Shown: piece by piece, positions 24,686 to 39,213 of the stretch
How positions within the stretch are numbered: the first letter of the stretch is position 1
How the letters are laid out: each line of letters begins with the position of its first letter
Source of the DNA: Octopus vulgaris
Lineage: Eukaryota
Direction: 5' to 3'
Length of the DNA: 64,000 nt
Assembly: GCA_951406725.2 (NCBI GenBank)
Contig: OX597822.1
Location: forward strand, 100,688,001 to 100,752,000
Translations under genes and position numbers: made by a program
The notes under the pieces: generated by a model
What the model saw: only the letters and a program-made list of their open reading frames with translations
Databases searched by the model: none
What the model was told of the DNA's origin: nothing

Positions 24686-25060
24686 GGAGTGGCTGTATGG
24701 TAAGTAGCTTGTTTACCAACCACATGGTTCTGGGTTCAGTCCCACTGCGTGGCACCTTGGGCAAGTGTCTTCTACTATAGCCTCGGGCCGACCAAAGCCT
24801 TGTAAGTGGATTTGGTAGACGGAAACTGAAAGAAGCCCGTCGTATATATGTATATATATGTGTGTCTGTGTTTGTCCCCCTCGCATTGCTTGACAACTGA
24901 TGCTGGTGTGTTTATGTTCCCGTTACTTAGCGGTTCAGCAAAAGAGACCGATAGAATAAGTACTGGGCTTACAAAAGAATAAGTCCCGGGGTCGAGTTGC
25001 TCGATTAAAGGTGGTGCTCCAGCATGGCTGCAGTCAAATGACTGAAACAAGTAAAAGAGT
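24686..25060 (+). mobile_element. SINE family A (tRNA-like head, bipartite with internal TA/TG microsatellite); other copies ~8633-9017(-), 29473-29811(+), 33705-34021(-), 46985-47361(-), 48240-48632(-), 60201-60627(+)
   Basis: A-box TGGCTGTxTGG, B-box GGTTCAGTCCC, CTTGGGCAAGT core, tail ending GTAAAAGAG; many highly similar dispersed copies. Confidence 0.85.
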
Positions 25061-25658
25061 AAATTATGTCATTATACGTTTGAGGGTATTTACCTAAATG
25101 AAACAGCTATTGAATGCAAAGCAAGAACTATATGTAAAATTTATACTTTTCTTAATATGTCGCTCTTAGAGATCATTTTAGCTGATTAAGTACATACATG
25201 TAAGTTGATTCCACTTGCATTTACTGAAATGTAATAATGGGTTGGAGTTCAAAGACATGTTATTAATTGAACTTTTAATTACTGTGGATTTATTTTTTGA
25301 TGCTTATATATCAGTTTCTTATATATATCATCATCATTGTCTAATGTCCGTTTTCCATGCTAGCATGGGTTGAACAGGTTGAACTATGTAAGACATGTTA
25401 AGATTAACTTGGAAACATATGTAGTCTTGATTTACCTTTTCCATTCTTTACACTCTTTTATATTTGTATAGTTAGCAATTTCCATTGCATAGTGGCAGTC
25501 ATCTTATTGAAATTTCCATCTATTTCAATATAGGATGAAGTTTATAACACACACTGGTTAATAATGTTTGTTGATAGTGTTTCGGGCTTCCCAGACCCCA
25601 GTTGAACCGTCCAACTCATGCTAGCATGGAAAGTGGATGTTAAACGATGATGATGATG

Positions 25659-25693
<35 letters not shown>

Positions 25694-28600
25694 CATGCAT
25701 TTGTACATATATGCATGTCTGTTTACATATGGAATCACTTGTTCAAAAGTGTGGTGAGTGGTGCTGTTGGCAGTTTTTTTCTTCCAACAAATCACTCAGT
25801 CACTGTACCTCTGAAGCCATATGTGAAATAAGAAATTCCTTACTTGAAAAACAGAAATTCACCTCCCTTGTATCAACATGTAAATCTCTGCAAAATAAAA
25901 GACCCCAAAAAAAACAAGAAAAGAAAGATATTTAGGACTGAGAACTAAATGGTACAATCCCCAAACACTCACAATGAATTCCACAAAAACTCTGTACAAT
26001 GAGGGCGTGCTTCATGGTTACAAACAAAGAGGAGGATGGCATTCTGTTGTGCCAGTGTGAGACAGCAAGCCCTGTCATTGATTATGATAAATCATCACCA
26101 TCATTTTAACATCCATGTTCTCATGCCTTAGATGCCTTTCCTGTCATCAACCCTTACCTGTTTCTAAGCATGGTTGTAATTTCCTTGCCTGTTGAACAAT
26201 GAACAACCCGGACACAGTTACAAAGAGCATTTCTGTTTACAAAGATCATGCAAGGTGTCAAAAAATTCTATGTGTATTGCTAGCAAGGCTGTTGATTTAT
26301 TTAGTCAGTGAGCGTGCAATGACAAGGAGAAACTCCTCCACCAAACACACACATTTTGGCTCTGCCATTTCTACCAGTTGAATATCTTAACAATAATAAT
26401 AATAATAATAATAATAATATTCTGCTCTCTACCACAGATTTGCTTGTCAGTTGTTTGACTGTAACCAGTTGACCATGCCCCTTAGTGGCTGACGATATAT
26501 GCATCTCTGATCATGAGCAGAAGTAGTGGGGGAGCATCATAGCTGTGTGTTGAAAGGAATTCTTGGAGGTTTGGATAATTCCCCTTTGGAGGCATGGGTG
26601 GTTTGTTCAACATCCTTAAACAATCCTTATTCAAGGACCTTTTGAGTGGGATGGGCTACTTGACCAGAAGAAAATTCCAACTGGGCCCCACCTGCAAGGT
26701 CATGCGCTGTTTATCTTCAGTTTCTGTCCACCAATTTCTCTCACAAGTTATTACTTGACATGTGGCTTTGGAACATTAGCTAACAACATTCATGTAGTGA
26801 GATTGAACTCATAACCACAAGGTGCTGAAGTGAATTTCTTAACTTCATAGCCATGCCTGCACAGGCACATGTACACTATAGCTATGTCGGTCTTCTTATT
26901 TATGATATGATGACTATGATTCCCTTATTTAGAGCAACATGGTGAATGTTTTTTTTTGTCTTTTTGATGCTATCATCATCATCATCGTTTAATGTTCGCT
27001 TTCCATGCTAGCATGGGTTGGACGATTTTGACATAGGGCTGGCGAACCAGATGGCTGCACCAGGCCCCAATCTTGATCTGGCAGAGTTTCTACAGCTGGA
27101 TGCCCTTCCTAACGCCAACCACTCCGAGAGTGTAGTGGGTGCTTTTTACATGCCACCGGCACAGGGGCCAATCAGGCGGTACTGGCAATGACCTCACTCG
27201 AATCTTTTTACACGTGCCAGTGAAGTGACATTGGTAACGATCACGCTCGAATGGTGCCCTTTTACGTGCCACAGGTACGGATTATTATGAAAGGAATAGG
27301 ATAATTGATCAAATTAACCTCAGTATATTACAGGTATTTAACCTTTTGGTATTCTGGTTACTTTGTCAAATGTAATACTTATTTATTCACATTGTTTTAA
27401 ATTAATCATGAATTATCTCGAGGCTTCAAGATCCTGATGATGTGATTTTTTACTATTAGAATGGCATTGTAAGTTATGTGTGAAAGGCCAGATCTGTATG
27501 GTTTGAATGTACAATATGTAAGATGTCTGGGCTGGATGTGGTTGATTTGCAGGCTAAAGTGTTAAGTGAGAAAAGAAAAGATCAGCTCTGGTAGTATTCT
27601 GCTATAATATTTTCACCGTTTTGCTACAGTTTACACAATTTTGATGGTGATAATGATGAAAAGGACAGATGATAAAGATAATGAACCCACAATAATTTTA
27701 CTCCATTATCTTAATGTGGTTGCTTTATGGGAGTTGTCAAATTTACTCTCATTATCTTATTAATTGTAACAACAAGAAAGCATAAAAAAAAAAAAAACCG
27801 GAAACAAGCAACTGTTTAAAGAAGAAAACAAGATATTTAACATTATTTTACAAACATTTCCAATAAAAAAATTAATTAAATATATATATATATATATATA
27901 TATTACTGTACAAACATAGTGATCCTTTGTAGCCCCTTTTTTTAAAATCCTTTCATTACTGTATTTCCATTGAAATACAACAGCCTTCGTTTTGATTTAA
28001 TTTCATTATTTAAGCTGGTGTTTGGAACATGAATTAACATGAAATTTTGGTAGTAGGTTTCCTTTTAGATCACTTTAAAACAGCAAGTTTGTCTCCTAGA
28101 ACCAGGGGTGGTCTCAAACAGGTTGATATCAAAAGGGTAAAAAGTAACAAAGAAGGGAGACAGCAGAGTTGAAAGTGGAAGCTGTAGAGAAACAATGGTG
28201 CTCTTTGTAAACTTGGCAAAACATTCCAGTGGAAGATTCTAAACTGCAAGATTAATTCTTAAATATTATGATAAGGCACTTATCAGCAGTCATTCAACAA
28301 TTGTGTTCACTGATCAATCAATCATTCAAGTCAGTCATCAGTCGTTGTTAAACAGTTTCATTCATTTCTTTATTAATTTTATTTCTGATTTTTACTTTAA
28401 TTAAAATCTATTTTATTTTAAGATGTCTAAGGCATGAAGAAACCCTGCACAGCAGAGAGGCACATTTTGTGACTACCAACTGTCGTATAGCATAGTTGAT
28501 TAATCTCTGTTTGACAAGTTTTCATACCATCCTACTAACAAGCATAGAAATGGTAGTTTCTAACCATTGTATGAGGTTATAATCTGTGAGAGAAAGAAAG

Positions 28601-29810
28601 TGACTAATGTTTATAAAATGAAGGGTAAGATCAAACCACTCAAAGAATGTAAATGAATATAACTAAGTACCAGAAACCATTTTGGCTTTGTCATTTCTAC
28701 CAATACCTTAACAATGATAATAATAATAATAATAATAATTATCCTTTCTATTATAGGCATGATGCCTGAAATTTAGGAGGAGGGGGCTAGTTAATTACAT
28801 TGACCCCAGTGTTTCACTGGTACTTAATTTATCGACCCTGAGAGGATGAAAGGCAAAGTTGACCTCAGCAGAATTTGAACTCAAAACATAGTCTTGGGTG
28901 AAATATCGCTAAGCATTTCGTCCAGCGTGCTAACGATTCTGCCAGCTCGCCACCTTAATAATAATAATAATAATAATAAAAATAATAATAATAATGATGA
29001 TTTCATATTTTGGCACAAGGTCAGAAATTTTGGGGGGACAGGAGTAAGTCGATTACATTGATCTCAGTGCTCAACTGGTACTTATTTAATCAACCCCCAA
29101 AAGGATGAAAGGCAAAGTTGACCTCAGTGGAATTCGAACTCAGAATGTAGAGATGGACAAAATACCACAAAGCATTTTTCACAACACCTCCAGCTCTGTA
29201 CTTAACAGCATAAAAACTTACAATGCTTATACCATGTAGATCATAACATCTATAGGCCTTTATGAGATATATTGATACTACAACTCCAGACGTGTAGTCA
29301 ATGTGTAATTCAAATGATCAACAAAGCTGTTCCCGCAAGTGAGCTGTTGAAACCAGCACTCAGCCTGTAAAATATCACATTACTGACCTTAAGTATCCAG
29401 AATGATATATAATACATACACACACACATATATATATATGTATGTATATATATGTGTGTATATATAATTATAAGAGTGGCTGTGTGGTAAGTAGCTTGCT
29501 TACCAACTGCATGGGTCTGGGTTCAGTCCCACTGTGGGACACTTTGGGCAAGTGTCTTCTACTATAGCTTCGGGCCGACCAAAGCCTTGTGAGTGGATTT
29601 GGTAGACGGAAACTGAAAGAAGCCCGGTTGTATATATGTATATATATGTGTGTGTCTGTTTTTGTCCCTACAACATCGCTTGATAACCGATGCTGGTGTG
29701 TTTACGTCCCCGTAACTTAGCGATTCGGCAAAAGAGACCAATAGAATAAGTACTAAGCTTACAAAGAATAAGTCCTGGGATCGATTTGCTTAACTGAAAC
29801 AAGTAAAAGA

Positions 29811-29811
<1 letters not shown>

Positions 29812-29849
<38 letters not shown>

Positions 29850-29927
29850 TACATAGGTATATAAGTATACTTCCATACACATACATAAATATGTACATAA
29901 ATACATACATACATATACATACGTACG

Positions 29928-29983
<56 letters not shown>

Positions 29984-30080
29984 TTTACATATATACACAT
30001 ATGTACATATATATATATATATACACATACACACACATGCATACACACACACACACATATATATATATATACACACACAC
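29812..30080. repeat. Compound (TA)n/(TACA)n/(CA)n microsatellite
   Basis: Direct observation; source of the spurious YIYI ORFs. Confidence 0.95.
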
Positions 30081-30438
30081 GCTATAGGTATAAAGTTGCA
30101 GTCTTATATTGACCTGATTTAATATGATTAGATATGCAAAGACTATCTCAATATGCAACAGAAGCACAGGGCCACACAACCTCATGCCCGTCTCATTCCA
30201 CAGAGATCAAATTGCTATCACTGTGAGCTATAATTCCAGTTTTCCTCACAAACTCTCTATATTTTTGTTCATCTTTATTGATTTCACTATTTGACATTGG
30301 TACTATTTTTATATATAATAATTATTAGTATAGGGTTTTAACAAAAACAGAATTATATGAAAATATTTACAGCAGGTTCCGTTTTACTTATTATTATTAT
30401 TTTTTCTTTTTTTTTTTTTGCTTTTCCATCCCACCCTC

Positions 30439-31008
30439 CTATTGTAGCATCAGAGTCTTAAGATTGTCCTGTAAGATTTTAGACTTGACAGAATCGAATA
30501 CGAATCGAATATTTTCTGTATCAATTGCTGTCGTAAAATGGTGATAGAGTAGTCCAGACTTGTCGCGTCTTTTGTTATCAAACATGTCCAGTATAAAACT
30601 CTGGACGTCTGTAAGGGAATGTGGGTCCTTGTTGAAATTTGAAAAGTAGTCCTTAATGTTAATTTGTTTGACTTTCTCTTCCAGCAGATCAGTTTTATTC
30701 AAAAAGAGAATAAATGCCATCCCAGTAAACAATGGATAATTCACTAATGTTTCAAAAATATCACAGGACTCAACCAGCCTGTTGGTCATCCGGTCCTCTT
30801 GAAGAACTTGGTCAAATTCGCTGCTGGATACGAGGAACAGAATGGAGGTGACGTCGTCAAAACACTTGTACCATTTGGGCCGCTGTGACCTTTGACCACC
30901 AACATCAACAAATAAGAACGGAACACCACAAATCTTTATTGGATGCTCAACAATGCCTTTGGTAGCCTTTCTTGCTAACAGAATGTCAAGTTTAGATGGA
31001 ATGTAACT
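30439..31008 (-). CDS. G-protein alpha subunit, G12/13 class (GNA12/GNA13/concertina-like), terminal coding exon
   Basis: TTTCAG acceptor then [33 protein letters not shown] (G3), FLNKTDL (G4), [16 protein letters not shown] (G5), C-terminus NLKTLMLQ* typical of G12/13. Confidence 0.95.
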   Translation of the reverse strand, partial: SYIPSKLDILLARKATKGIVEHPIKICGVPFLFVDVGGQRSQRPKWYKCFDDVTSILFLVSSSEFDQVLQEDRMTNRLVESCDIFETLVNYPLFTGMAFILFLNKTDLLEEKVKQINIKDYFSNFNKDPHSLTDVQSFILDMFDNKRRDKSGLLYHHFTTAIDTENIRFVFDSVKSKILQDNLKTLMLQ

Positions 31009-32515
31009 CTGAAATGAAATAAAAATAATAGTTACTATCATATTTCGTTTTTGGATTTGGTTTGCAAGATTCTTTAAGACTATTGAAAAGGTTGCAAGAC
31101 GCAATGAAAAAATTTTAGGAAAATAAAAATAAGAAATAAACGGAAATTTTACTGGTTAGTGTGTTACATTATAAGGCACAAAAAGAAAACGACTCTCCCC
31201 AGACACAACAGAGTTATTATCATAATACAGTAATAATAAGAAAAATCTATTTTAATAAAAGCGAAATTCTGTCTGTCTGAGACACCTATATCTCAGTCTA
31301 AATTTGCTCTACATAGACACATTATACCGTTTTGAAATCAGGATGATCCTAAGATTGAAAATCTGCCCTCCATTTGGTTCTTGACTATCCTGTATTGGGA
31401 TCTGATTTAAAAGCATTTAGGTTGCTATTTCTAGCAGGTACAGCTTGGCTGATTCATGCCATCTTGGTTGGTGTTTGTCAGATGATGTCAGAGATCAAGG
31501 GGGAAATAAATGACATTCACTTTGTTAATTTTACATTGAGATAAGAACTTTGGGACAAACTGGCCAACAGATGGAATTCAACTTGGGATTGGAACAATAG
31601 ATTGATTGCATTACAAGATTAAAACTAATTTGTCCTTATAGTTTTGGGCCCAATTAACCCTCCGCAGCTTTGTAATCTTTGGAAGACTGGAAACAAACAA
31701 CATTGCTTGTGAGCACTCAGTTTATACCTATCTTGTGATGTTACGATACATAGACACACATACATGCTCGCTCTCTCTCCCCCTTTTATGCAATCATACA
31801 CACACACACACACATCATCATCATCATCATCGTTTAACGTCTGCTTTCCATGCTAGCATGGGTTGGACGGTTCGACTGGGGTCTGGGAAACCAGGAGGCT
31901 GCACCAGGCCCAGTCTGATCTGGCAGTGTTTCTACAGCTGGATGCCCTACCTAATGCCAACCACTCCGTGAGTGTAGTAGGTGCTTTTTACGTGCCAGGC
32001 AAGGCTGGCAACGGCCATGATCGGTTGGTGCTTTTTACGTGCCACCGGCATGGAGGCCAGTCGAGGCGGTGCTGGCAACGGCCACGTTCGGATGGTTCTT
32101 TTACGTGCCACCGGCAATATTTAAAAATTTAACAAAAACACAACAAATGGAAAATTTTACAAAAACATAACAAAACAGAAAATTCGTAGCTAATAGATAG
32201 ATATTCTATGGGTTTACTTCAGTTTCTGAAGGATGGGACTATAGTAGAAGACATTTGTCTGAGTAACTGAGCAGTGGGACTGAACCTGAAACCATGTAGT
32301 TGGAAAGCAAACTTCTTAACTATAAAGCCATACATGTGCCTTCACAACAATGATAATTTTTTGAGGGCCTTGCGATGAGCGAGAGGGAGAGAATAAGTTA
32401 TTGTCAGACTGGAGATGAAGCCAGAATGTTTGCCCCAGAATGGACAATGCTAAAAGTACTCAAGGACTATTCAAAAAGTTGCAAGACGAAACGAAAATTT
32501 TAGGAAAATAAAAAT

Positions 32516-32860
32516 TCGTGGCCGATGCCAGCACCGTCTTGACTGGCTTCCGTGTCGGTGGCATGTAAAAAGCACCATCCGAATCGTGGCCGAAGCCAGT
32601 GCCGTCTCAACTGGCTTCGGTGCAGGTGGCACGTAAAATGCACCAATCTGACCGTGGCCGATGCCAGCCTCGCCTGGCACCAGTTCAGGTGGCACATAAA
32701 AAGCACCCACTACACTCACGGAGTGGTTGGCGTTAGGAAGGGCATCCAGCTGTGGAAACATTGCCAGATAAGACCGGAGCCTGGTGCAGCCTTCTGGCTT
32801 CCCAGACCCCGGTCACACTGTCCAACCCATGCTAGCATGGAGAACGGACGTTAAATGATG
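32516..32860 (+). mobile_element. Retroposon family D: variable number of ~60-bp tandem 5' units plus conserved 3' tail ending (GAT)n; copies ~112-412(+), 1817-2233(-), 6974-7407(-), 16543-16929(-), 26971-27273(-), 31813-32116(-), 37464-37672(-), 38140-38430(+), 45562-46060(-), 52160-52340(-), 56428-56763(+)
   Basis: Repeated GGTGGCACGTAAAAAGCACC units then GTTGGCGTTAGGAAGGGCATCCAGCTGTAGAAAC...CCAACCCATGCTAGCATGGAAAGCGGACGTTAAACGATGAT. Confidence 0.85.
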
Positions 32861-33029
32861 AAGTGGAAATTTTACCGGTGAGTGTTTAAATTATAAGGTA
32901 CAAAAAGAAAATGATTTTCCCCAGACACAACAGATTTTGCATTTGTTTCAATTAATTATATTATTATTAAACTGGTCCTTGAATCTTAAACTAGCTTGAA
33001 ACTAATGGAAGATTTTAATGCAAATTACT

Positions 33030-33258
33030 TTAACCCTTTAGTGTTCTGATTACTCTGTTAAATGTATAATTTTTTAAAATCAAATTGTTTTTAATTAATC
33101 ATACATTATCTTATAGCTTTGAGGTTTCAATGACGTGATTGTTTATTTTTAGAATGTCAATGTAGGTTAGGTGTGAGAGCCCTGATCTGGTCAGTTTGAA
33201 CATAAAATAGGTAGAAAACTTCGGCCGGATACGGCCAGTTTAAACACTAAAGGGTTAA
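33030..33258. mobile_element. piggyBac-type MITE (TTAA|CCCTTTAG...CTAAAGGG|TTAA); related copies near 27338, 33594, 36838, 39219, 41553
   Basis: TTAA duplication, CCC/GGG termini, recurring ~225-bp body. Confidence 0.75.
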
Positions 33259-34962
33259 AACAGGATGTTTGTGTTTGAGAACCAGAGGAGGTCTCAGGCA
33301 AGATGGTAACAAAGGACAAAAGTGATCTAAGTTAAAACCTTCCATTAAAATTTCCTATTAATTTATATTTCAAACACTAGTTTGATAAGGAATGAAGGTA
33401 TTTTACTAAATCTCTTGTTATTTACAAAATTAACTAAAATAAAGATATTGTATTTCAACAGAAATGTGGTTATTAAAAGGAAGCTTTCATGAACATTGAT
33501 CTACAGTAACAAAGAGAGGATTGTCTTTAGACTTAGACTTGTTATGAACTCCAGGACTCCTAAAGCCAGAGCTTAACCCAATTTCTATGGTATTTAACCG
33601 TTTAGCATTCAGATTACTCTTCCAAATGTAATGCACATTGTTTTGAATTAATCATGCATTAGCTTTAAGATTTCAATGATGCAATTCTCTCTCTCTCTCT
33701 TTTCTCTTTTACTCTTTTACTCGTTTCAGTCATTCGACTGCGGCCATGCTGGAGCACCGCCTTTAATCGAGCAACTCGACCCCGGGACTTATTCTTTTGT
33801 AAGCCCAGTACTTATTCTATCGGTCTCTTTTGCCGAACCGAAAGTGACGGGGACGTAAACACACCAGCATCGGTTGTCAAGCGATGTTGGTGCACAAACA
33901 CAGACACACAAACATATACACATATATACGATGGGCTTCTTTTCAGTTTCCGTCTACCAAATCCACTCACAAGGCTTTGGTCGGCCCGAGGCTATAGCAG
34001 AAGACACTTGCCCAAGATGCCATTGTTTATTTTTAGAATGATGTTGTAGGGTAGATGTAAGAGATCAAATTTGGCATTGTTTGAACATAAAACAAGGTAG
34101 AATATTTTGGCCAGACTTGGCCAGCTTAAATGCTAAAGGGTAAAGCAACTGAGATCACAACACTCTCTCTCCTGAATGGGATGCTAGGCCCTCACAGGGT
34201 TAGCTTACCAGCTGTTGTTGGAACCATGTTCACAGTAGAGTGAACTGGAGCAATGTGAAATGAAGTGTTTTGCTCAGAAATGTAATGCACTGCCCAGTTC
34301 AGGAATTGAAACGATGGCATTGTATTTTTTTTGCTTTTTAAAGTCAATTCCATTATTCCAACCAGTCAAACAGATGGAAAGTTAAAGGACTAACAAACAA
34401 TATTAGAACCAGTTTGATTTAGTCAAACAAAAAGGAACAAAGATGGAAGTTTAAAAGGCGGCCGGCTATGAGTATACAAAAAGACTGGCTATGAATATAC
34501 AAAAAAAACTATGTTGAGGGTTAAGGTAGCAGTAACATCAGGTATACAAAAGGGAGCAGTGTATACTGTACTGATAAATGAACGAGGCAGAATACAACAG
34601 GTGTGAAATTGACCCAGTTTTCTTCTCTTCATAATATGCAGTCTTTAAATACAATCATTAAGGCAACAACAAAAAGCATAGCCAACCCAAAGAGGCAGAG
34701 GATGAATTACAGTATTTCACTTTAAAACTTTTAACACCAATCCATCTAAGACCACCCAGGCTAAATTGTTTATATTTACATTAAAATCTCAATAAAAACT
34801 TTTCTTATAATATAACACAACATTGTAAATGCAAATATGAAGTTGCCAGTATTTTACTCAACTCCTCTACAAGTTTGATTAATTAATAGAAAGACAGGCA
34901 GTTTGGTGATTAGAAAGAGTTAAGTTTTAAAAAAATATGCTTAAAGTCACGGTTATTTGAAA

Positions 34963-35346
34963 CTAGCAGTATCGCCCGGCGTTGCTCAGGTTTGTAAGGG
35001 AAATAACTATAAAGCATTTTTAGAGAGTTATAGCCAAAAAATAGCCAAAAAATGGAAAAAAAATGATGGTAAATTTTTTTTGAAAGTTAAAAAAGGTGGA
35101 GTTGCGTCCCCTAGACGGTCTGTGGTTTGGGTTTCTAATTCTCGACCCCATGTCGAATTTATCGATTTTTTCAGAACTGGGGGAACTTTTCAAAATTTTC
35201 GCTGCGTTAGTTTTGAATTATGACATTGGGCTATGTGTGTGTCAAGTTTCATCAGAATCGGTTGAAAGCCGTGGTCAGAGTGAGGGTACGAGAAAACAGA
35301 CACACAGAAAACGCACAGACAAACTGCCGTTTATATAGAGAGAGAT
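34963..35346 (-). mobile_element. Non-autonomous Helitron, second subfamily
   Basis: Plus strand begins CTAGCAGTATCGCCCGGCGTTGCTC (reverse of the hairpin+CTAG end); other end reads TCTCTCTCTATATAAA on minus; near-identical to 42916-43295. Confidence 0.8.
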
Positions 35347-37227
35347 ATTAGAGGGTGGGTGAGCAGAGGGGGTGGTTTACTCCGGGTGGCACCACTTATG
35401 GGTCTACTGTAGGCAATATGTATTTTCCTGTGAGGGCCTGGGGGTGGAAAACTGAAGGGCTACCCTGGGTGGCACACACTCTAGCTACATTAGTAATTTG
35501 AATACTGAAGCCCAGTGGTATAGAACCAGCAACTTTCTTCTGAAGAGTGAAGTATGGTTTTCTGAAAGACGTTCAATATTTGAGGGGAAATCATGATGAT
35601 TGAATATATTTTTACATATCAAATTTTATTTAAAGCTTACATTTTCAACTGATTTTCAATTTTAGACATTTCATTACTTTTTATATTTTATTTGCATTTG
35701 TAATTCCTTGTTTCAGGTAATTATAATCGTGTTTAAAACAAAATTTCAAAAAATTTTTTTTTGAAAAAATGAAAATAAAATAGAATTTTATTATAAAATT
35801 CATGGTTGAAGTGCTTATTTAAAATTTTTTTTTTTTTTATAGTTTGGCAGAGTTTTTTTTCTTCATGAATACATGTTTTATAAAATTACAGGTTAAGTAG
35901 TAAAGTAGTATAAATAATTTTTCAATATAGCCTTTTTAGAAGGCATTTAATTTCAATGGTAACTTTCCAACACAGAAGCACCCCAACTACTGCTTTAGTC
36001 AGCTAAAATTTACCACTATATTTAACATTTATCATTCATATTTATTTGAATAAATATACACACTGATGTATAGTTATACACACTGATGTATAGTTATAAA
36101 GTAAGGAGACTTTGAAATGTAGAGGGTGGGGATTAGGGATATGAAATGTATAGTGAATTTAGCACATTAGGTCTGACATTGATTGTAACAGCTTTGGGAG
36201 TCTATTCCAGGTAGGTCAAGGTCATCATAACAGCCGTCCTATTATACTACAATCAGATTGTTGTACACACAATGTAGTGGTGATGAGTACCAGGTAAAGT
36301 AGGTAATATGTATATAAAAAAAAAATGCTCTTTATTCCAGATGGCTATACTCTTATTCACCTTTGATAAAAGGCTTCACTTGACAAAGCTTCAATTGTGA
36401 AGAGTGTGCTGTGTTATGGTATTAAAAGGAAGATTGGGATCTCAGTAAAACACAAAAACTCTATTCAAGTCAATAACGAAGGGACTTAGATTGAAAGTTA
36501 GTTTGTAAGAGAAAGAGTGTTGTTGATTTATTAGTAAGGTGGTGGTGGTGGTGGTGGGTTGATGTTGTTTGGTCAAAAGTCAGCCCCGATTAAGCAGACC
36601 TGTGACCAAAGACATTCCAGCCATGATCACCTCATCAATTTTTTCAGACATACTGTCTCTAGATCTACATTACTCAATGTACTATTGCAATTTTTTTTTC
36701 AAAGATGGTAGGAAGTGATATGTGGGAGATTTAGCAGCTGTGTTTAGCATGTCAAACAACTACATAGAGGTTCTTAAGTTGGCTTATTATCAAAAGCGTA
36801 TATACATTAAGTATGATACACACATGGCCATTTTAATTTAACCCTCTAACATTGAAATTTCTTTGTCAAATGTAATGCTTATTTATTCACTTTGATTTGA
36901 ATTAATCCTGCAATATCTTGTAGCTTCAAAATTTCAATGTTGTGATTATTTACTGTTTACAATGACATTATAGGGTAGGTGCAAGAGGCTGGATCCAGCT
37001 GGTTGAAATGCTAAAGAGTTATTACTGTTTCAATTACAAATGACAAGCCTGGTGGCTATTCACAATATTAGTAAACATAATTATGATTCCCCATTTCCTA
37101 TGTATCAGATGTAACAAATTTTGTTGAGGCGTGTGGCTGTGAGTATGTCATTGGCAAGACCAAAGAAGGCTGAGAGGCATCTGGTCTAAGGTTCCTCTGT
37201 TAGGTAAGTGGTAGCAATGGTTTAAAT

Positions 37228-37675
37228 CAGTGGTTCTCAACCATTTTTTTTACCTATGGTCCCCTTTGATTCCTATTTTATTCAGATAGACCTTCACATC
37301 CATTTGATGTTTAAAAAAATTCAATTATATTTTTTATAATTAAACATTATTAGGAATTGTATTAAAAAAAATTGTTAAAATATTGAGTGTATTGTAGGAG
37401 TATAACCTTAACAACAACATCTTATAGGGACCCACAAGGGTCATATGGACCTCAATTGAGAGTCATCATCATCATCGTTTAACGTCCGTTCTCCATGCTA
37501 GCATGGGTTGGACGGTTCGACCAGGGTCTGGGAAGCTAGAAGGCTGCACCAGGCTCCAATCTGATCTGGCAGTGTTTCTACAGCTGGATGCCCTTCCTAA
37601 TGCCAACCACTCCGTGAGTGTAATGGGTGCTTTTAACGTGCCACCGTTCAGATGGTGCATTTTACGTGCCACCTG
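37228..37675. mobile_element. hAT-type MITE with a SINE-like insertion in its right TIR
   Basis: CAGTGGTTCTCAACC left end; 8-bp TSD GTTTAAAT at 37220-37227 and 37676-37683; right end split as TTGAGAG [insertion] CCTG. Confidence 0.7.
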
Positions 37676-38573
37676 GTTTAAATATATGATTGACTAGTTT
37701 ATTACTGTTGAGTTCTTTCGAGTTATTTTGGTTTGTTTTTGATGTATCACAGTTTTTATATCACTTAGTTGAGGGGTGGACAGTCATATCCACACAACCA
37801 TTATGAGGGCCTCCAGGACTGGCAAAAAGATGAGAGAGGAACTTATGCTCAAACCAGAAACCTAACCTGAAAACTTGCAATAGAGTGGGCTCCAATAAAG
37901 GCAACTCAAAGACCAGGTGGTGGTGTTAAACTGGGTGATAGATTAAGTCTACCACCTAACTAGGCTGTAGCAGGATTTGAACTCAGAATGTAAAAACCCA
38001 GAACAAATACCACAACAGCACTAGTAAGTTTGCTAAGTAAACCATGAGTCAAAGAAAAAGTCCCTAACTAAGCGGGGTGTATCATTTTTTCACACATACA
38101 TACATAACACACACAATATATACGTACATACATAAAGCATTTGAGCGAGGTCGTTGCCAGTGCCGCTGGACTGGCTCCTGTGCAGGTGCCACATAAAAAG
38201 CACCATTTGAGCATGGCCGTTGCCACTACCGCCTGACTGGCCCTCATCCTAGTGGCACGTAAAAGCACCCACTACACTCTCGGAGTGGTTGGCGTTAGGA
38301 AGGGCATCCAGCTGTTGAAACTCTGCCAGATCAGATTGGAGTCTGGTGCAGCCATCTGGTTCGCCAGACCTCAGTCAAATTGTCCAAATTGCTAGCATGG
38401 AAAGCGGACATTAAATGATGATGATGATGATACATACATACATGTTACTTCTTTCTTACTTCATTGCCCACATCCTCGCCTCCTCAGCTCCTCATCCTAT
38501 ATATGTTAAACTAAAAGAACAGAGACTATTTGGTATTTGAGAAACACTTGAACTTATAAATAAAAACACTTAC

Positions 38574-38624
38574 CTTTTGTCCTATTCTGAGAATATTCTC
38601 CAAAAAATATTTGAGTGAATCACC
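38574..38624 (-). CDS. G12/13 alpha subunit, penultimate 51-nt coding exon
   Basis: Poly-T + CCAG acceptor, GTAAGT donor, phase 0/0; GDSLKYFLENILRIGQK resembles the GESVKYFLDNLDKLG segment of G12/13 and joins in frame to the exon at 31008. Confidence 0.9.
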
Positions 38625-39067
38625 CTGGAAAAAAAAAAAAAATTCATTTAAAAATCATTTGAAAAATCAGAAAAAGATAAAAATAATTGAAACAACAACA
38701 ACAATAATGCAATTATAATTTTTCAAACCATTAACCAAAATTTTAGTTTATTAATATTGATTCTTAGAATTCAGTTAGGTAGTGTATATATCCAGGTATA
38801 AGACACCTGATGACATTTCAAGATTGGTAAATGTGACATTAAAATGGGTTTCATCTCAGATATTTAGAAATAACTAAAAGCAAAAAAGGGGGAAAAAAAA
38901 GAACAATAGCATAATATTAACTTAAAAACCAAGAAAAAAATAACAGAGATTGGCCAAATGTAAAATGTACTGTACACAAGAATTACTATATAACATGGGG
39001 AGAGAATACTGTATAATGATGAACATGACAGACATGAAGACCATATAATGAAAGTGATACATATGAA

Positions 39068-39213
<146 letters not shown>

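Noticed and set aside
31009-31104. N-terminal 32 aa of the 221-aa ORF
   Set aside because: Intronic read-through upstream of the TTTCAG acceptor; G-alpha similarity starts at 31008
36056-36098. 20-bp tandem duplication (similar case at 56297-56360)
   Set aside because: Ordinary slippage duplication with no further structure
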